In this document: positions 29,881 to 42,184 of the stretch, piece by piece
How positions within the stretch are numbered: the first letter of the stretch is position 1
How the letters are laid out: each line of letters begins with the position of its first letter
From: Paracoccaceae bacterium
GTDB lineage: Bacteria; Pseudomonadota; Alphaproteobacteria; Rhodobacterales; Rhodobacteraceae
Length of the DNA: 64,000 bases
Assembly: GCA_965237505.1 (NCBI GenBank)
Contig: CBDEFR010000009.1
Location: forward strand, 1,900,776 to 1,964,775
Direction: 5' to 3'
Translations under genes and position numbers: made by a program
Notes under the pieces: generated by a model
What the model was told of the DNA's origin: nothing
Database searches by the model: none
The model's input: the letters and a program-made list of their open reading frames with translations, nothing else

Positions 29881-30840
29881 CGTTATGAGCGATGGCTGCA
29901 ATACCGTAGGCAGTCATATTCCTGGCCAACCCCATAAATCGTGTTCGGGCTAAGCCATAACGGCTTTTGTAAGTGGCAAAGGGCCGCTCGCCACCAGCAC
30001 GAATAACAGCAATCTCATCATTGCGATTACGGTCATCATCCGACAGAGGTTTGTTACGGTAACCTTTGCGTTGCACCTGATCTGCAATGCCAAAACGTTT
30101 CAGTTTGTCACGCGTCTCCCGGGAACTGTAAGCCGCATCCGCGTAAAGGGCACTCTCATCGCCCAATAAAAGCGTATCGCGTTCGACGCTGTCATGCACA
30201 TTACCCGCAGTGACTGTCTGGCGTTGAATGAAGCCGTCCTCATCCACACCCGTATGAACCGAGTATCCATAGGTGGATTTTAGATTACCACGGCTGTCTT
30301 TCCTGACATGCCAGCCCGCGTCCTTATCGCGCTTTGGCTGACCATCTTTACCTTTGCCCGAGCCAGATTGTGCAGCCTCAACGGGGGTGCATCAATGATG
30401 TTGATACGCCCTTCCGTCAGAATAATGTTCTTGGCCTCAAGCTGGCGGTTGATCTCCCCCAAGAGACGCTCCCACAGATCATGTTCAACCAGTTGATTGC
30501 GGAACCGCCCCAGCGTTGACGCCTCCGGGACATCGCCGCCCAGTTCAAGGTGGCAAAATTTACGAAACAGCAGATCACGATAAAGGCATTGCGACAGCTC
30601 AACATCCGATAATCGATACCACACCCCCAACAGCAAACCGCGAAACAAGGTCAAAAGTGGATAGCTTGGACGGCCTGTTTTTGAGGCATAAATCGACGAC
30701 AAAATTGGTTCGACCTTCGACCAATCCAGAACCGCTTCTGTGGCGTCAAGTGCATGAAGGGCGGGATGATCAAGCTCAGTGCTGGAAACGAAAAGTTCGG
30801 GTTGGGTGATGAATGGTTTTTGCATAACCGAGCCTAACAA
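29881..30840 (-). pseudogene. IS5-B transposase, frameshifted and truncated
   Basis: A 1-nt deletion lies near 30389 (GGGGGTGC here, GGGGGTGGC in copy 2). The C-terminus after ..AYGIAAIAHN is lost. Confidence 0.85.
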
Positions 30841-30882
30841 ATATTCTTGCCTTTGGGAATCCTCAAGTTATGCTGAGGTCTC
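29881..30882 (-). mobile_element. IS5-family element B, copy 1, 3'-truncated
   Basis: It is near-identical to 42393-43394 of copy 2. It ends at the same GGTCTC terminus (30882) and is cut at 29880/29881 by IS1182. Confidence 0.85.
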
Positions 30883-31063
30883 TATGTGATGGTAGCGAGA
30901 CAAAATAACTGGCCCAGGGCCGCAAGATTCAGGCGTCTGTCCGCCCGTAATGCCATGTCAGTTCACGACACCTTGAATTTGAGCGGAGTTTCAGAACTTA
31001 TCGGGTAGTGATACTCTTTCTGTCTTGGCAACATGACCCAAACGGTATGACACCGAAACCTCG

Positions 31064-34000
31064 ATGAGCAACACTACAGACGACCCGAAAAACACGGCGC
31101 CACGCAGGCCCAGGCGATTTGGCATTTGGATGTTGCTGAGTCTGGTGCTTTTGACCGGTTTTTTGATCTTGACGGGCCTGTCGCTGAGCGGGCGCAGCCT
31201 GACCGCGCCGCAGTGGCTTACGGACCGCGTATCGGACCGGATAAATGTCGGCCTGCCCAGTGGACGTATCACGTTGGGTCGCCTGCAGATGCAGATCGAT
31301 GCGCGCGGTGTTCCCAGTGTTCTTTTGGGCAACCTGGGGATATTCGATGACCGAGGTGTCGAGGTTGCTCGTCTGAATAACGTTGGCGCGCAGTTCGCTT
31401 TTCCGACGCTTGTTCGCGGGCAGATCCAGCCAGAGATTATTCGCCTTGCCGGGGCGCAATTAACCTTGCGCCGCCGCGCCGACGGGCAGTTTGACATATC
31501 GTTCGGAAGCGGCGCAGCGACGACCGACACCTTGCCGGGCGTACTCGACCAGATTGACGCAGCATTCGCTGCACCACTTCTGGATGCGGTAGGCTTGCTG
31601 GAAGCCGACGACCTGACCGTTACGCTTGAAGACGCCCGCAGCGGGCGGCTTTGGCAAATCACCGAAGGCAACCTGCAAATTCGCCGAATCGCTGACGGGC
31701 TTGATATCTCGGTCGCGTTCGACGTTTTCAACGGCACCGAAGACCTGGCCGAAACAGTCATGGGGATTCGCACCGAATCGGACAGTTCGCGAGCCTCGAT
31801 TGGCACGACATTCAAGAACGCCACTGCCGCAGACATTGCATTGCAGTCCCCGGTTCTGAGTTTTCTGGGCGTTTTGAACGCACCGATATCGGGTTCGGTG
31901 CGAGCAGAATTTGACGCCAAGGGTGCGTTGTCGGCGTTGGCGGGCACTCTGGAAATCGGGGCTGGCGCCCTGCAGCCAACTACCGGTGCGCGCGCGTTGC
32001 GGTTTGCTTCCGGCAAGTCCTATTTTGACTATGATCCAAAAATTGAAAAAATATCGTTCACCGAATTGTCGGTGCAATCGGACACCGTCAGCGCCATGGC
32101 CTCGGGGCAGGCCTACCTGCGCGAGTTTCAGGACGGATGGCCCTCGGCCTTGATCGGGCAATTCACACTGACCGATCTGGAAGCCCACCCAGAAAATCTG
32201 TTCGAAGAGCCGGTGAGATATTCACAGGGGGTCGCGGATTTCCGGCTGCGGCTGCAACCGTTTTCCATCGACGTCGGTCAGCTTGTCATGATTGAAGGTG
32301 AAGAGAAACTGATCGGCAGCGGCATGGCCACCGCGGGCGAAGATGGCTGGGAGATTTCCGGTGATTTGACGCTCAATCTGATCGGCAATGAGCGCCTATT
32401 GGATATGTGGCCGGTGTCAATGGCACCACGCACCCGTGACTGGCTGACACGAAATTTTCAGTCTGGAACTTTGACGGATGTGACAGGCGCTGCACGGATC
32501 AAACCTGGACAAGACCTGCAAAGCTCGCTCGGTTTTCGGTTTCAGGGCGGCACAGTGCGCTACATTCCCTCTCAGCCAAAGATTGAAAACGCCGCGGGCT
32601 ATGGCACGATCGAAGGCAAGGTATTCACTTTGGTTCTTGAAAACGGGACGATCACTGCCCCGATTGGCGGTCAGATCGACATGGCGGGTTCGGTCCTGCA
32701 AATTGACGACATAACTTTGCGGCCCGCGACTGCAAAGATTTCTCTGGTCGGAAATTCTACTGCAGAGGCGACGCTGTCGCTGCTGGACGAACCGCCGTTT
32801 GGTATTTTACAGCGCACCGATTACGGCCCTGATCTGACCGAAGGCGTGGCCGAATTCACAGCTGAAATCGGCTTTGATCTGACCCAAGAAATCTCCCTGC
32901 CGGATATTACCTATTCGGCGGCGGGCACATTGCGCAATGTGCGCTCTGACAAGCTGATCCGCGGCAGGGTACTGACGGCAGATCAGCTGTCATTCAGAGC
33001 CGACAACGACACGGTTGAAATATCCGGGCCGGTTCGTCTTGGACAGCTCGATGCCGACATGGTCTGGCGTCAAGAACTGGACCCGGCCAATTTGGGTCGC
33101 AGTATCGTCACCGGAACTGTGGAATTGTCGCAAAATTTCATCGACGAGTTTGGAATCGGCCTGCCGAAAGGATCGGTTCACGGAACAGGGAGTGCCCAGT
33201 TTGCATTGAACCTTGTAAAAGGCAAACCGCCAGAATTTACGCTGGCTTCCGATCTTAACCGGGTCGGGCTCTCGATCGCGCCGATCGGCTGGTCCAAACC
33301 GCGGAACGCAACTGGAAAACTGGATGTTGCAGGTCACTTTGGCGCGCGCCCGGTGATTGAACGGCTGGAGCTATCTGCGTCCGGACTTGACGCAACCGGC
33401 GGTCGCGTCACCATGACCGACGCTGGCGCGTTGCAATCGGCCACGTTTTCGCGCGTGCAGGTCGATGGCTGGTTGGATGCGCCTGTTACACTGACCGGTC
33501 GCGGGCCCGGCGTGGTGCCATCGGTTTTGGTTGCCGGTGGCACGATTGACGTGCGCAAGACCGCAATTGGCGGGGCCGGCAGCCGCGCCAGCGCCGCCGG
33601 CGGGCCGATCAGCCTGGCACTGGATAGGGTTATCGTCTCTGAGGGTATTTCGCTGACCGATTTTGTGGGCGAAATGGATAGCGCGGGCGGGCTGTCTGGC
33701 ACGTTTTCTGCCCGGCTAAATGGCCAGACACCGCTGACCGGCCGTCTGGCACCTGACAAAAACGGCACCGCAATCCGTATTAAGAGTGACAATGCGGGCG
33801 GTGTCTTGCGCAATGTCGGTGTATTCGAAAACGCAAAGGGCGGCCAGCTTGACATGACCCTACGGCCGCAGCCGCAAAACGGCGTTTACAACGGGCGCAT
33901 GACGATCAAAGACACCCGTGTCGTCAACGCCCCGGCGCTGACCGAACTGTTGGCAGCCATTTCGATAATCGGTCTGCTTGAACAACTTAGCAGCGAGGGA

Positions 34001-34354
34001 ATTTATTTCGCCGACGTCGAGGCGGATTTTCAACTGTCGCCACAATCGGTGCAGCTTATCCGCTCGAGCGCCGTGGGGCCGTCTTTGGGTGTATCGCTTG
34101 ACGGCGTCTATGACCTGACAACTTCGCGAATGATCATGCAGGGCGTGATGTCGCCGATATTTTTCCTCAATTCGGTCGGCCAGGTTGTGTCGCGGCGTGG
34201 CGAAGGGCTGTTTGGGTTTAATTTTCGGCTAACCGGTTCGGCCGCCGATCCGAAAGTCAGGATCAACCCGCTGTCGATCCTCACGCCCGGGGCATTTCGC
34301 GACCTTTTCCGCCGCCCCCCGCCAAACTTGCCGGCAGCTGAACCGTCACAATGA
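31064..34354 (+). CDS. AsmA/YhdP-like large envelope protein (DUF3971-type)
   Basis: 1096 aa with an N-terminal membrane anchor and a long beta-rich body. The C-terminus ..[35 protein letters not shown] is typical of the AsmA-like C-terminal region. Confidence 0.65.
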   Translation: MSNTTDDPKNTAPRRPRRFGIWMLLSLVLLTGFLILTGLSLSGRSLTAPQWLTDRVSDRINVGLPSGRITLGRLQMQIDARGVPSVLLGNLGIFDDRGVEVARLNNVGAQFAFPTLVRGQIQPEIIRLAGAQLTLRRRADGQFDISFGSGAATTDTLPGVLDQIDAAFAAPLLDAVGLLEADDLTVTLEDARSGRLWQITEGNLQIRRIADGLDISVAFDVFNGTEDLAETVMGIRTESDSSRASIGTTFKNATAADIALQSPVLSFLGVLNAPISGSVRAEFDAKGALSALAGTLEIGAGALQPTTGARALRFASGKSYFDYDPKIEKISFTELSVQSDTVSAMASGQAYLREFQDGWPSALIGQFTLTDLEAHPENLFEEPVRYSQGVADFRLRLQPFSIDVGQLVMIEGEEKLIGSGMATAGEDGWEISGDLTLNLIGNERLLDMWPVSMAPRTRDWLTRNFQSGTLTDVTGAARIKPGQDLQSSLGFRFQGGTVRYIPSQPKIENAAGYGTIEGKVFTLVLENGTITAPIGGQIDMAGSVLQIDDITLRPATAKISLVGNSTAEATLSLLDEPPFGILQRTDYGPDLTEGVAEFTAEIGFDLTQEISLPDITYSAAGTLRNVRSDKLIRGRVLTADQLSFRADNDTVEISGPVRLGQLDADMVWRQELDPANLGRSIVTGTVELSQNFIDEFGIGLPKGSVHGTGSAQFALNLVKGKPPEFTLASDLNRVGLSIAPIGWSKPRNATGKLDVAGHFGARPVIERLELSASGLDATGGRVTMTDAGALQSATFSRVQVDGWLDAPVTLTGRGPGVVPSVLVAGGTIDVRKTAIGGAGSRASAAGGPISLALDRVIVSEGISLTDFVGEMDSAGGLSGTFSARLNGQTPLTGRLAPDKNGTAIRIKSDNAGGVLRNVGVFENAKGGQLDMTLRPQPQNGVYNGRMTIKDTRVVNAPALTELLAAISIIGLLEQLSSEGIYFADVEADFQLSPQSVQLIRSSAVGPSLGVSLDGVYDLTTSRMIMQGVMSPIFFLNSVGQVVSRRGEGLFGFNFRLTGSAADPKVRINPLSILTPGAFRDLFRRPPPNLPAAEPSQ

Positions 34355-35421
34355 AGCTGTCTGATTTTGACTTTAAACTGCCGCAGCACCTGATCGCGAC
34401 CCGGCCAGCACGCCCGCGCAGCGCCGCGCGAATGCTGGTCGCCACCGAAAACGTGATCACCAACGCACATGCCTTTGATCTGACTGACTTTCTGCGGCGT
34501 GGTGACCGACTGATCCTGAACGACACCAAGGTCATTCCGGCGCGCCTGGATGGGACCAGAGCGCGAATTTCGGGCAGCACTGACAATACTGCGCGGATCG
34601 AGGTTACGCTTTTGCAGCATACAGAACAGGGCCATTGGCGTGTCCTGATCAAGCCGTTGAAGAAGGTACGAGTGGACGAGGTCATCCGGTTTTCCGACAT
34701 GTTTTCGGCGCAGCTAATGGCGAAAAAAGATGGCGCAGGCTATCTTAAGTTCAACCTCGCAGAAGACGCCTTTGACGCGGAGTTGGCAAAGACCGGCGCA
34801 ATGCCGCTGCCGCCCTACATCGCTGCCAAGCGGGCAGCCGACGCGCAGGATGCGCACGATTACCAGACAATCTGGGCGTGCCGCACCGGGGCGGTCGCCG
34901 CCCCAACCGCATCGCTGCATTTTGATCAAGAACTTCTGGCCCGGCTAGGCGAGGCAGGCGTCCAATTTAGCCATGTAACTCTGCACATCGGCGAAGGCAC
35001 ATTTGCGCCGGTTAAGGTCGATAATATCCGGGATCACAGAATGCACGCGGAATGGGGCGAGGTTTCGAGCCGCGCGGCTGCCGAGATAATCCAAACCCGC
35101 GCGCAAGGCGGGCGGGTGATCCCGGTCGGAACCACCGCACTTCGGCTGATCGAAACGGCAGCAGACGAGTCCGGAAATGTTCAAGAATGGCGCGGTGAAA
35201 CCGATATTTTTATTTTCCCGGGTTTTCGGTTTCGAGTCGCCGACGCGTTGGTTACAAATTTCCACCTGCCCAAATCCACATTGATGATGTTGGTGTCGGC
35301 TTTGATGGGGGTCAATCGCATGCGCGAAATATACCGCCACGCAATATCAGCCGAGTATCGATTTTTCTCTTACGGAGATGCCTCGCTTTTGTTACCGGGA
35401 GCCGAAACACGACGGGCCTGA
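34351..35421 (+). CDS. queA: S-adenosylmethionine:tRNA ribosyltransferase-isomerase
   Basis: [23 protein letters not shown]...GTTALRLIE...[14 protein letters not shown]. Confidence 0.9.
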   Translation: MKLSDFDFKLPQHLIATRPARPRSAARMLVATENVITNAHAFDLTDFLRRGDRLILNDTKVIPARLDGTRARISGSTDNTARIEVTLLQHTEQGHWRVLIKPLKKVRVDEVIRFSDMFSAQLMAKKDGAGYLKFNLAEDAFDAELAKTGAMPLPPYIAAKRAADAQDAHDYQTIWACRTGAVAAPTASLHFDQELLARLGEAGVQFSHVTLHIGEGTFAPVKVDNIRDHRMHAEWGEVSSRAAAEIIQTRAQGGRVIPVGTTALRLIETAADESGNVQEWRGETDIFIFPGFRFRVADALVTNFHLPKSTLMMLVSALMGVNRMREIYRHAISAEYRFFSYGDASLLLPGAETRRA

Positions 35422-35490
35422 GTCGTTGCGGCGCGATCTTGCGAAGGTGACACCGAATGAGGGTCAACACGCGGGCGGTCGGAGGCGGAG

Positions 35491-36756
35491 ATGCTGGAAG
35501 TCCTGAAAACATCATGGGCACTGCTTTTGGGCATCCTGTTGCTTATGGTTGGCAACGGGTTGCAGGGCACATTGCTGGGCATTCGCGGCGGCATCGAAGG
35601 CTTTTCGACGCTGGAAATGTCGATCATCATGTCGGCCTATTTCGCCGGATTTTTCGGTGGCTCGCGACTGACCCCAGGATTGATCCGGCGTGTCGGCCAC
35701 GTCCGGGTGTTTGCGGCGCTAGGATCGTTCATATCAGCGGTTCTGATCTTGTTTCCGACAATCACCGAACCCTGGGCCTGGGTCATCCTGCGGGTGATAA
35801 TCGGCTTTTGTTTTTCCGGAGTCTACGTGACGGCGGAGAGCTGGCTGAACAACGCCGCCAGCAATGAAAACCGCGGCAAGGCGCTGTCGCTTTACATGAT
35901 GGTCCAGATGCTTGGCGTTGTGTCGGCGCAAGGACTGCTGGTGTTTGGCGATCCATCAGGATTTGTGCTTTTCGTCATTCCGTCGGTTCTGGTTTCCATC
36001 GCGTTTGCCCCGATACTTTTGTCGGTAAATCCAACGCCCGCCTTTGAGACGGCCAAGCCGCTTAGCCTGCGCGCGCTCTACACGGTGTCACCGCTCGGCT
36101 GTGTCGGGCTGTTTCTGCTCGGCGGGGTATTTTCCGCTCAATTTGGGATGTCCGCCGTCTACGCGACTGAAATTGGGCTCAGCGTCGGTCAGATATCAAT
36201 TTTCGTCGCCTCGATTTATACCGGCGCTGTTGTTTTGCAATACCCGATCGGCTGGATGTCAGACCGGATGGACCGGCGCCGGTTGATCATGATCGTCTCA
36301 TTGCTGGGCGGTTTTGCGGCTTTGGCTGCGATGACGTTTGCCACAAGTTTCGCGGTGCTGCTTGGCGTCGCATTCCTGGTGGGCGGGATGTCAAACCCGC
36401 TTTATTCGCTGTTGATTGCCTATACTAACGATTTTCTGGACACCACTGACATGGCGGCTGCATCTGGTGGTCTGGTCTTCATCACCGGCATGGGCGCGAT
36501 TGCCGGGCCGTTGATTGCGGGTTGGCTGATGGGGCAGGTTGGTGACGGTGGATACTGGCTTATGATGGCGATCCTGATGATGTCGATATCCGCATACGCA
36601 GCTTATCGGATGACCCAGCGCCTGGCACCACCAGTGGACGAGACCGGAGCCTACATCAAAGTCTTGCCGTCCGCCTCTCATGTGGCGCTAGAGGCCGCGC
36701 AGGAATGGGCTGTCGAGGCCGCAGAAGACGACAATTCGGAAACAACAGAGCCATAA
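35491..36756 (+). CDS. MFS transporter
   Basis: 421 aa with a 12-TM pattern. Confidence 0.75.
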   Translation: MLEVLKTSWALLLGILLLMVGNGLQGTLLGIRGGIEGFSTLEMSIIMSAYFAGFFGGSRLTPGLIRRVGHVRVFAALGSFISAVLILFPTITEPWAWVILRVIIGFCFSGVYVTAESWLNNAASNENRGKALSLYMMVQMLGVVSAQGLLVFGDPSGFVLFVIPSVLVSIAFAPILLSVNPTPAFETAKPLSLRALYTVSPLGCVGLFLLGGVFSAQFGMSAVYATEIGLSVGQISIFVASIYTGAVVLQYPIGWMSDRMDRRRLIMIVSLLGGFAALAAMTFATSFAVLLGVAFLVGGMSNPLYSLLIAYTNDFLDTTDMAAASGGLVFITGMGAIAGPLIAGWLMGQVGDGGYWLMMAILMMSISAYAAYRMTQRLAPPVDETGAYIKVLPSASHVALEAAQEWAVEAAEDDNSETTEP

Positions 36757-36869
36757 ATGTGGCAATTCGGAAGAACATGGAAACAACAAGATCATATCGC
36801 TTGCCAAATAAAAAATGTAGTGAAACGGTGAACTTGTCTTGGTCCAGAACACCGGCGAGGAGGGTGGTC

Positions 36870-37454
36870 ATGGCAGACCCTGAGGATATTCTGGCCTATT
36901 GGCTGGATCAGATTGGCCCGGCAGGTTGGTACCGGAGCGACAAGAAGCTTGATCAGGACATTCGTGACCGATTTCTGGACACCTGGCGCCAGGCCCGCGC
37001 CGACGCTTGCAGCCTCTGGCTGACCTACCCGAGCGGAACACTGGCCTACATCATTTTGACCGATCAGCTTTCACGCAATATGTTTCGTGATTCCGCCACG
37101 TCGTTCGCCACCGACAGATCATCGCGTGCAGCTGCCAAATCTGCGATTTCCAAGGGCTGGGATCTGCGCATAGACGAGCCTGCCCGGCAGTTTTTCTACA
37201 TGCCGCTGATGCATTCTGAAAACCTCTGTGATCAGGATCGTTCAGTTCGCCTGATCATGACCCGGATGCCCAAGGCCGGTGAAACAACCTTTTTGCATGC
37301 CAAGGCGCATCGCGAAGTCATTCGTCAATTCGGGCGGTTCCCGTATCGCAACAAGGCACTGTCGCGTGAATCCACCGCTCCAGAATTAACTTACATCGAA
37401 ATGGGCGGATACAGATCTACTGTCGAGGCGCTGAAAGCTAAAACTGCAGCCTGA
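36870..37454 (+). CDS. DUF924-family protein
   Basis: MADPEDILAYWLDQIGPAGWYRSD...FYMPLMHSE...HREVIRQFGRFPYRN. The start has a GAGGAGGG RBS. Confidence 0.7.
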   Translation: MADPEDILAYWLDQIGPAGWYRSDKKLDQDIRDRFLDTWRQARADACSLWLTYPSGTLAYIILTDQLSRNMFRDSATSFATDRSSRAAAKSAISKGWDLRIDEPARQFFYMPLMHSENLCDQDRSVRLIMTRMPKAGETTFLHAKAHREVIRQFGRFPYRNKALSRESTAPELTYIEMGGYRSTVEALKAKTAA

Positions 37455-37584
37455 AGCGCCTGCTTCACCGATGCTTCTGCCGAAAGGCAGGCCTTCCCAG
37501 GTATCCCTGCAATGCCCTGTCTCCCGTTGCTGAGGATTGCCAATTCGCTTAGCATTGAAAAAATTTGAATGAAGGAGACAGGCA

Positions 37585-38979
37585 ATGGCGACGAAATCAT
37601 TTGATATTATTGTAATTGGGGCCGGCCCGGGTGGATATGTGGCCGCGATCCGCGGCGCTCAGCTTGGACTAAACGTTTCGATTGTCGAAAGGGAGCACTT
37701 GGGTGGCATCTGCCTGAACTGGGGCTGTATCCCGACCAAGGCGCTTTTACGTTCTGCCGAGGTCTTCCACTTGATGCAACGCGCCAAGGATTTTGGCCTG
37801 AGAGCCGACAAGATCGACTATGATCTCGATGCCGTCGTCAAGCGCTCACGCAAGGTGGCCGGACAGCTATCCGGCGGCATTGGCCACTTGATGAAAAAGA
37901 ACAAGATCACCGTGCTGATGGGGCAGGCGACACTGACTGCGAGTGACAAAGTCAGCGTTAAATCCGACAAATCAGTCGAGGAACTGACAGCCAAAGCAAT
38001 CATTATTGCCACCGGCGCGCGGGCGCGCGAATTGCCGGGTATGCAGGCTGACGGTGATCTGATCTGGACTTACAAACACGCGCTTGATCCAGTGCGGATG
38101 CCGAAAAAGTTGTTGGTCATCGGTTCCGGCGCCATCGGCATCGAATTTGCCAGTTTCTACAACACGCTTGGCGCCGACACGACGGTGGTCGAAGTGCTGG
38201 ACCGGGTCGTGCCGGTCGAGGATGCTGAAATTTCAGCGTTTGCCAAAAAGCAGTTCGTCAAGCAGGGCATGAAGATCATGGCAAATGCCATGGTCAAAAA
38301 GCTCGATCGCGCCAAGGGTAATGTCACGGCGCATATCGAGGTCAAAGGCAAAGTCGAAAAGCACGACTTTGACACGGTGATTTCGGCGGTCGGCATTGTT
38401 GGCAATGTCGAAGGCCTCGGCCTGGAAGCGCTCGGTGTGAAAATCGACCGCACTCATGTGGTGGTGGATGAATATTGCCGCACCGCGGTCGCGGGACTCT
38501 ACGCGATCGGCGATGTGGCTGGCGCGCCCTGGCTTGCCCACAAGGCCAGCCACGAAGGTGTCATGGTTGCCGAAATGATCGCCGACCAGCACCCGCACCC
38601 GGTGCGACCGGAAAGCATCGCCGGCTGCACTTATTGTGCGCCACAGATCGCGTCCGTTGGCTATTCCGAGGCCCGCGCCAAGGAGCTTGGCTACAAGACC
38701 AAAGTCGGCCGCTTCCCGTTCATCGGCAACGGCAAAGCCATCGCACTGGGCGAAGTTGACGGGATGGTCAAAACCGTCTTTGACGCAGGCACCGGCGAGC
38801 TGCTGGGGGCGCATATGATCGGCGCGGAAGTTACCGAGCTTATTCAGGGCTATGTGGTCGGACGGCAACTGGAAACCACCGAAGCGGACCTGATGAGCGC
38901 CGTGTTCCCGCACCCCACGTTAAGCGAAATGATGCATGAAAGCGTGCTCGATGCCTACGGACGGGTGATCCACATGTGA
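37585..38979 (+). CDS. lpdA: Dihydrolipoyl dehydrogenase
   Basis: GAGPGGYVAAIRGAQLG...GGICLNWGCIPTK (redox-active disulfide) and a C-terminal HPTLSE. Confidence 0.9.
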   Translation: MATKSFDIIVIGAGPGGYVAAIRGAQLGLNVSIVEREHLGGICLNWGCIPTKALLRSAEVFHLMQRAKDFGLRADKIDYDLDAVVKRSRKVAGQLSGGIGHLMKKNKITVLMGQATLTASDKVSVKSDKSVEELTAKAIIIATGARARELPGMQADGDLIWTYKHALDPVRMPKKLLVIGSGAIGIEFASFYNTLGADTTVVEVLDRVVPVEDAEISAFAKKQFVKQGMKIMANAMVKKLDRAKGNVTAHIEVKGKVEKHDFDTVISAVGIVGNVEGLGLEALGVKIDRTHVVVDEYCRTAVAGLYAIGDVAGAPWLAHKASHEGVMVAEMIADQHPHPVRPESIAGCTYCAPQIASVGYSEARAKELGYKTKVGRFPFIGNGKAIALGEVDGMVKTVFDAGTGELLGAHMIGAEVTELIQGYVVGRQLETTEADLMSAVFPHPTLSEMMHESVLDAYGRVIHM

Positions 38980-38997
38980 CTCAGCCACGGCCCACCT

Positions 38998-39037
38998 GAT
39001 CTTTCTTCTTTTGCAAAATATCCTCGGGGGTCCGGGG
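38998..39037. repeat. Reverse copy of the dispersed repeat
   Basis: The reverse complement reads CCCGGACCCCCGAGGATATTTTGCAAAAGAAGAAAGATC. It is adjacent to the hairpin CCGGGGG-N7-CCCCCGG. Confidence 0.65.
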
Positions 39038-39090
39038 GTGGAAAACCCCCGGCGCCGATCGGCCCGCGCCATCGCGGCCGAAATTCGCGC

Positions 39091-39105
39091 GTTCTCGTAA
39101 TGTTC
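39091..39105 (+). promoter_or_regulatory. LexA (SOS) box GTTC-N7-GTTC upstream of uvrA
   Basis: GTTCTCGTAATGTTC lies 68 nt upstream of the uvrA ATG. Confidence 0.7.
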
Positions 39106-39172
39106 TCAATTTTCAGTTGGAGTCTGCGCTTACATCAACTATCTCTTAACCATTGGCACCAAAAGGGCGAGC

Positions 39173-42037
39173 ATGGCCGATCTGAAATTCATCGAGGTGC
39201 GCGGCGCGCGCGAACATAACCTCAAGAACATCGACGTGGATATTCCGCGCGATCAGTTGGTGGTGATCACCGGCGTATCCGGCTCTGGCAAGTCCTCCCT
39301 GGCTTTTGATACAATCTATGCCGAGGGTCAGCGCCGTTATGTGGAAAGCCTTTCGGCCTACGCGCGGCAGTTTTTGGACATGATGGAAAAGCCCGACGTG
39401 GATCATATCAGCGGTCTATCGCCAGCGATTTCTATCGAACAGCGCACCACATCCAAGAATCCCCGATCGACCGTGGGAACCGTGACCGAGATTTATGATT
39501 ATTTGCGCCTGCTGTACGCCCGTGTCGGCACGCCCTATTCGCCTGCTACCGGCAAACCGATCAAGGCTCAGCAGGTTCAGGATATGGTCGACCGGGTGAT
39601 GACCATGCCCGAAGGCACGCGCGCATATCTGCTGGCCCCGATTGTGCGCGACCGCAAGGGTGAGTTTCGAAAAGAGTTTCTTGAACTGCGCAAACAGGGA
39701 TTTCAGCGCATCAAGGTGGACGGCGAATTTTACGAACTCGAAGACCCGCCGACGCTCAACAAGAAGTTCCGCCATGACATTGACGTGGTGGTCGACCGCA
39801 TTGTGGTGCGCAAAGGGCTTGAAACCCGGCTTGCGGACAGCTTGCGCACGGCGCTTGATTTGGCCGACGGCATTGCGATTCTGGAAACCGTGCCCGATAA
39901 CGGCGACGCTGAAGCTGAGCGAATCACATTCTCGGAAAAATTCGCCTGCCCGGTGTCGGGCTTCACGATCCCGGAAATCGAACCGCGGCTGTTTTCTTTC
40001 AACGCACCATTTGGCGCCTGCCCATCCTGTGACGGGTTGGGCGTGGAGTTGTTTTTTGATGAACGTCTCGTGGTTCCCGACCAAACCCTGAAAATCTATG
40101 ACGGCGCGCTGGCGCCGTGGCGCAAGGGCAAGTCGCCCTATTTTCTGCAAACAATCGAGTCCATCGCCCGTCATTACAAGTTTGACCGGACTACCAAATG
40201 GATAGATTTACCGGAAGCGGTGCAGCAAATGTTCCTGTATGGTTCGGGCGAGGATGAAATTCAGTTTCGCTATGACGAAGGCGGGCGAGTCTATCAGGTG
40301 ACCCGCTGTTTTGAGGGCGTGATCCCCAACATGGAACGCCGCTACCGCGAGACCGACAGCACCTGGATTCGTGAAGAATTCGAGCGTTATCAGAACAATA
40401 GGCCCTGCGGCGCGTGCGGTGGATATCGATTGCGTCCAGAGGCGCTGGCGGTGAAAATTGCGCAGCTGCATGTCGGCCAATCGGTGCAGATGTCGATCAA
40501 CGAGGCCTTTGACTGGTGCAAATCGGTACCGGACCACCTGAGTGCGCAAAACAACGAAATCGGCGCAGCAATCTTAAAGGAAATCCGCGCGCGCCTTGGG
40601 TTTTTGATTAACGTCGGATTGGAGTATCTGACTTTGTCGCGCAATTCCGGAACGTTAAGCGGCGGTGAAAGCCAGCGTATCCGGCTGGCCAGCCAGATCG
40701 GATCGGGCCTGACGGGGGTGCTTTACGTGCTTGATGAGCCCTCGATCGGGCTACATCAGCGTGACAACAACCGCTTGCTTGGCACTCTGAAAAACCTGCG
40801 CGATCAGGGCAACACAGTGATCGTGGTGGAACACGACGAAGAGGCGATCCGCGCGGCTGATTATGTTTTTGACATTGGCCCTGGTGCAGGTGTGCACGGC
40901 GGGTGTGTGGTGTCCAAGGGCCGGCCTGAAGAAATCGCGGCCGATACAAGTTCGATCACCGGGCAGTATCTTAGTGGTGCACGAAAGATTGCAGTGCCGT
41001 CGCGCAGGCGAAAGGGGAACAAACAAAAGGTCACCGTTTCAAAGGCTACCGGGAATAACTTAAAGAAAATGACAGCTGATTTTCCGTTGGCTAGTTTCGT
41101 TTGCGTTACCGGGGTTTCCGGCGGCGGCAAGTCAACGCTTACGATTGAGACGCTGTTCAAAACCGCGTCGATGCGGCTGAACGGTGCGCGCCAGAGCCCG
41201 GCGCCGTGTGAAACGATCACCGGGCTCGAGCACCTGGACAAAGTGATCGATATCGACCAGCGCCCGATCGGCCGCACCCCGCGGTCAAACCCGGCGACCT
41301 ATACCGGTGCTTTCACGCCGATCCGCGACTGGTTCGCGGGTTTGCCGGAATCCAGAACCCGCGGCTATAAGCCGGGGCGGTTTTCGTTCAACGTCAAAGG
41401 TGGCCGATGCGAGGCCTGCAAGGGCGATGGCCTGATCAAGATCGAGATGCATTTCCTGCCCGATGTTTATGTCACCTGCGAAACCTGCCGCGGTCGGCGC
41501 TACAATCGCGAGACTTTGGAAATAAAGTTTAAAGGCAAGAGTATAGCCGACATTCTTGATATGAATGTCGAGGATGCGCAGATATTTTTCAAAGCCGTGC
41601 CCAGCATTCGCGAAAAGATGGGCGCACTGGTGCGCGTGGGCTTGGGCTATATCAGGGTCGGGCAACAGGCCACGACGCTGTCGGGTGGTGAAGCGCAGCG
41701 GGTGAAACTTTCGAAAGAACTGGCGCGCCGTTCAACCGGCCGCACGCTCTATATTCTGGACGAACCGACCACCGGTCTGCACTTTGATGACGTGCGCAAG
41801 TTGTTGGAAGTGCTGCATGAACTAGTCGATCAGGGCAACACGGTGATTGTCATTGAGCACAATCTGGATGTCGTAAAAACCGCCGACTGGATTATCGACA
41901 TTGGCCCGGAAGGCGGTGACGGCGGTGGCGAGATCACCGCAACCGGGACCCCTGAACAGGTGGCCGAAGCCGCTAACAGCCACACTGGGCGTTATCTTAA
42001 GAATATGCTGGCGTCGCGCCGGGTTGCGGCGGAATAA
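39173..42037 (+). CDS. uvrA: Excinuclease ABC subunit A
   Basis: 954 aa with two ABC ATPase modules ([20 protein letters not shown]) and zinc-finger cysteines. Confidence 0.95.
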   Translation: MADLKFIEVRGAREHNLKNIDVDIPRDQLVVITGVSGSGKSSLAFDTIYAEGQRRYVESLSAYARQFLDMMEKPDVDHISGLSPAISIEQRTTSKNPRSTVGTVTEIYDYLRLLYARVGTPYSPATGKPIKAQQVQDMVDRVMTMPEGTRAYLLAPIVRDRKGEFRKEFLELRKQGFQRIKVDGEFYELEDPPTLNKKFRHDIDVVVDRIVVRKGLETRLADSLRTALDLADGIAILETVPDNGDAEAERITFSEKFACPVSGFTIPEIEPRLFSFNAPFGACPSCDGLGVELFFDERLVVPDQTLKIYDGALAPWRKGKSPYFLQTIESIARHYKFDRTTKWIDLPEAVQQMFLYGSGEDEIQFRYDEGGRVYQVTRCFEGVIPNMERRYRETDSTWIREEFERYQNNRPCGACGGYRLRPEALAVKIAQLHVGQSVQMSINEAFDWCKSVPDHLSAQNNEIGAAILKEIRARLGFLINVGLEYLTLSRNSGTLSGGESQRIRLASQIGSGLTGVLYVLDEPSIGLHQRDNNRLLGTLKNLRDQGNTVIVVEHDEEAIRAADYVFDIGPGAGVHGGCVVSKGRPEEIAADTSSITGQYLSGARKIAVPSRRRKGNKQKVTVSKATGNNLKKMTADFPLASFVCVTGVSGGGKSTLTIETLFKTASMRLNGARQSPAPCETITGLEHLDKVIDIDQRPIGRTPRSNPATYTGAFTPIRDWFAGLPESRTRGYKPGRFSFNVKGGRCEACKGDGLIKIEMHFLPDVYVTCETCRGRRYNRETLEIKFKGKSIADILDMNVEDAQIFFKAVPSIREKMGALVRVGLGYIRVGQQATTLSGGEAQRVKLSKELARRSTGRTLYILDEPTTGLHFDDVRKLLEVLHELVDQGNTVIVIEHNLDVVKTADWIIDIGPEGGDGGGEITATGTPEQVAEAANSHTGRYLKNMLASRRVAAE

Positions 42038-42038
42038 G

Positions 42039-42184
42039 CTAGTTCAGAACCCGACCGATTGCATCAAAAAGATTTATTATTTCAAATGTTTCCTTGTTAA
42101 CCTTAATGAAATTATCGCCGATCTGAACATATGCTTCGCCTCTGCGCAGCGATGGCAGGCCGAAACCGAACGGATTTACTACAT
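42039..42184 (-). pseudogene. 3' part of a small periplasmic RcnB-like gene split by IS5-B copy 2
   Basis: It encodes ..VNPFGFGLPSLRRGEAYVQIGDNFIKVNKETFEIINLFDAIGRVLN*. This continues in frame from 43395-43585 once the IS and one TACAT are removed. Confidence 0.5.
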
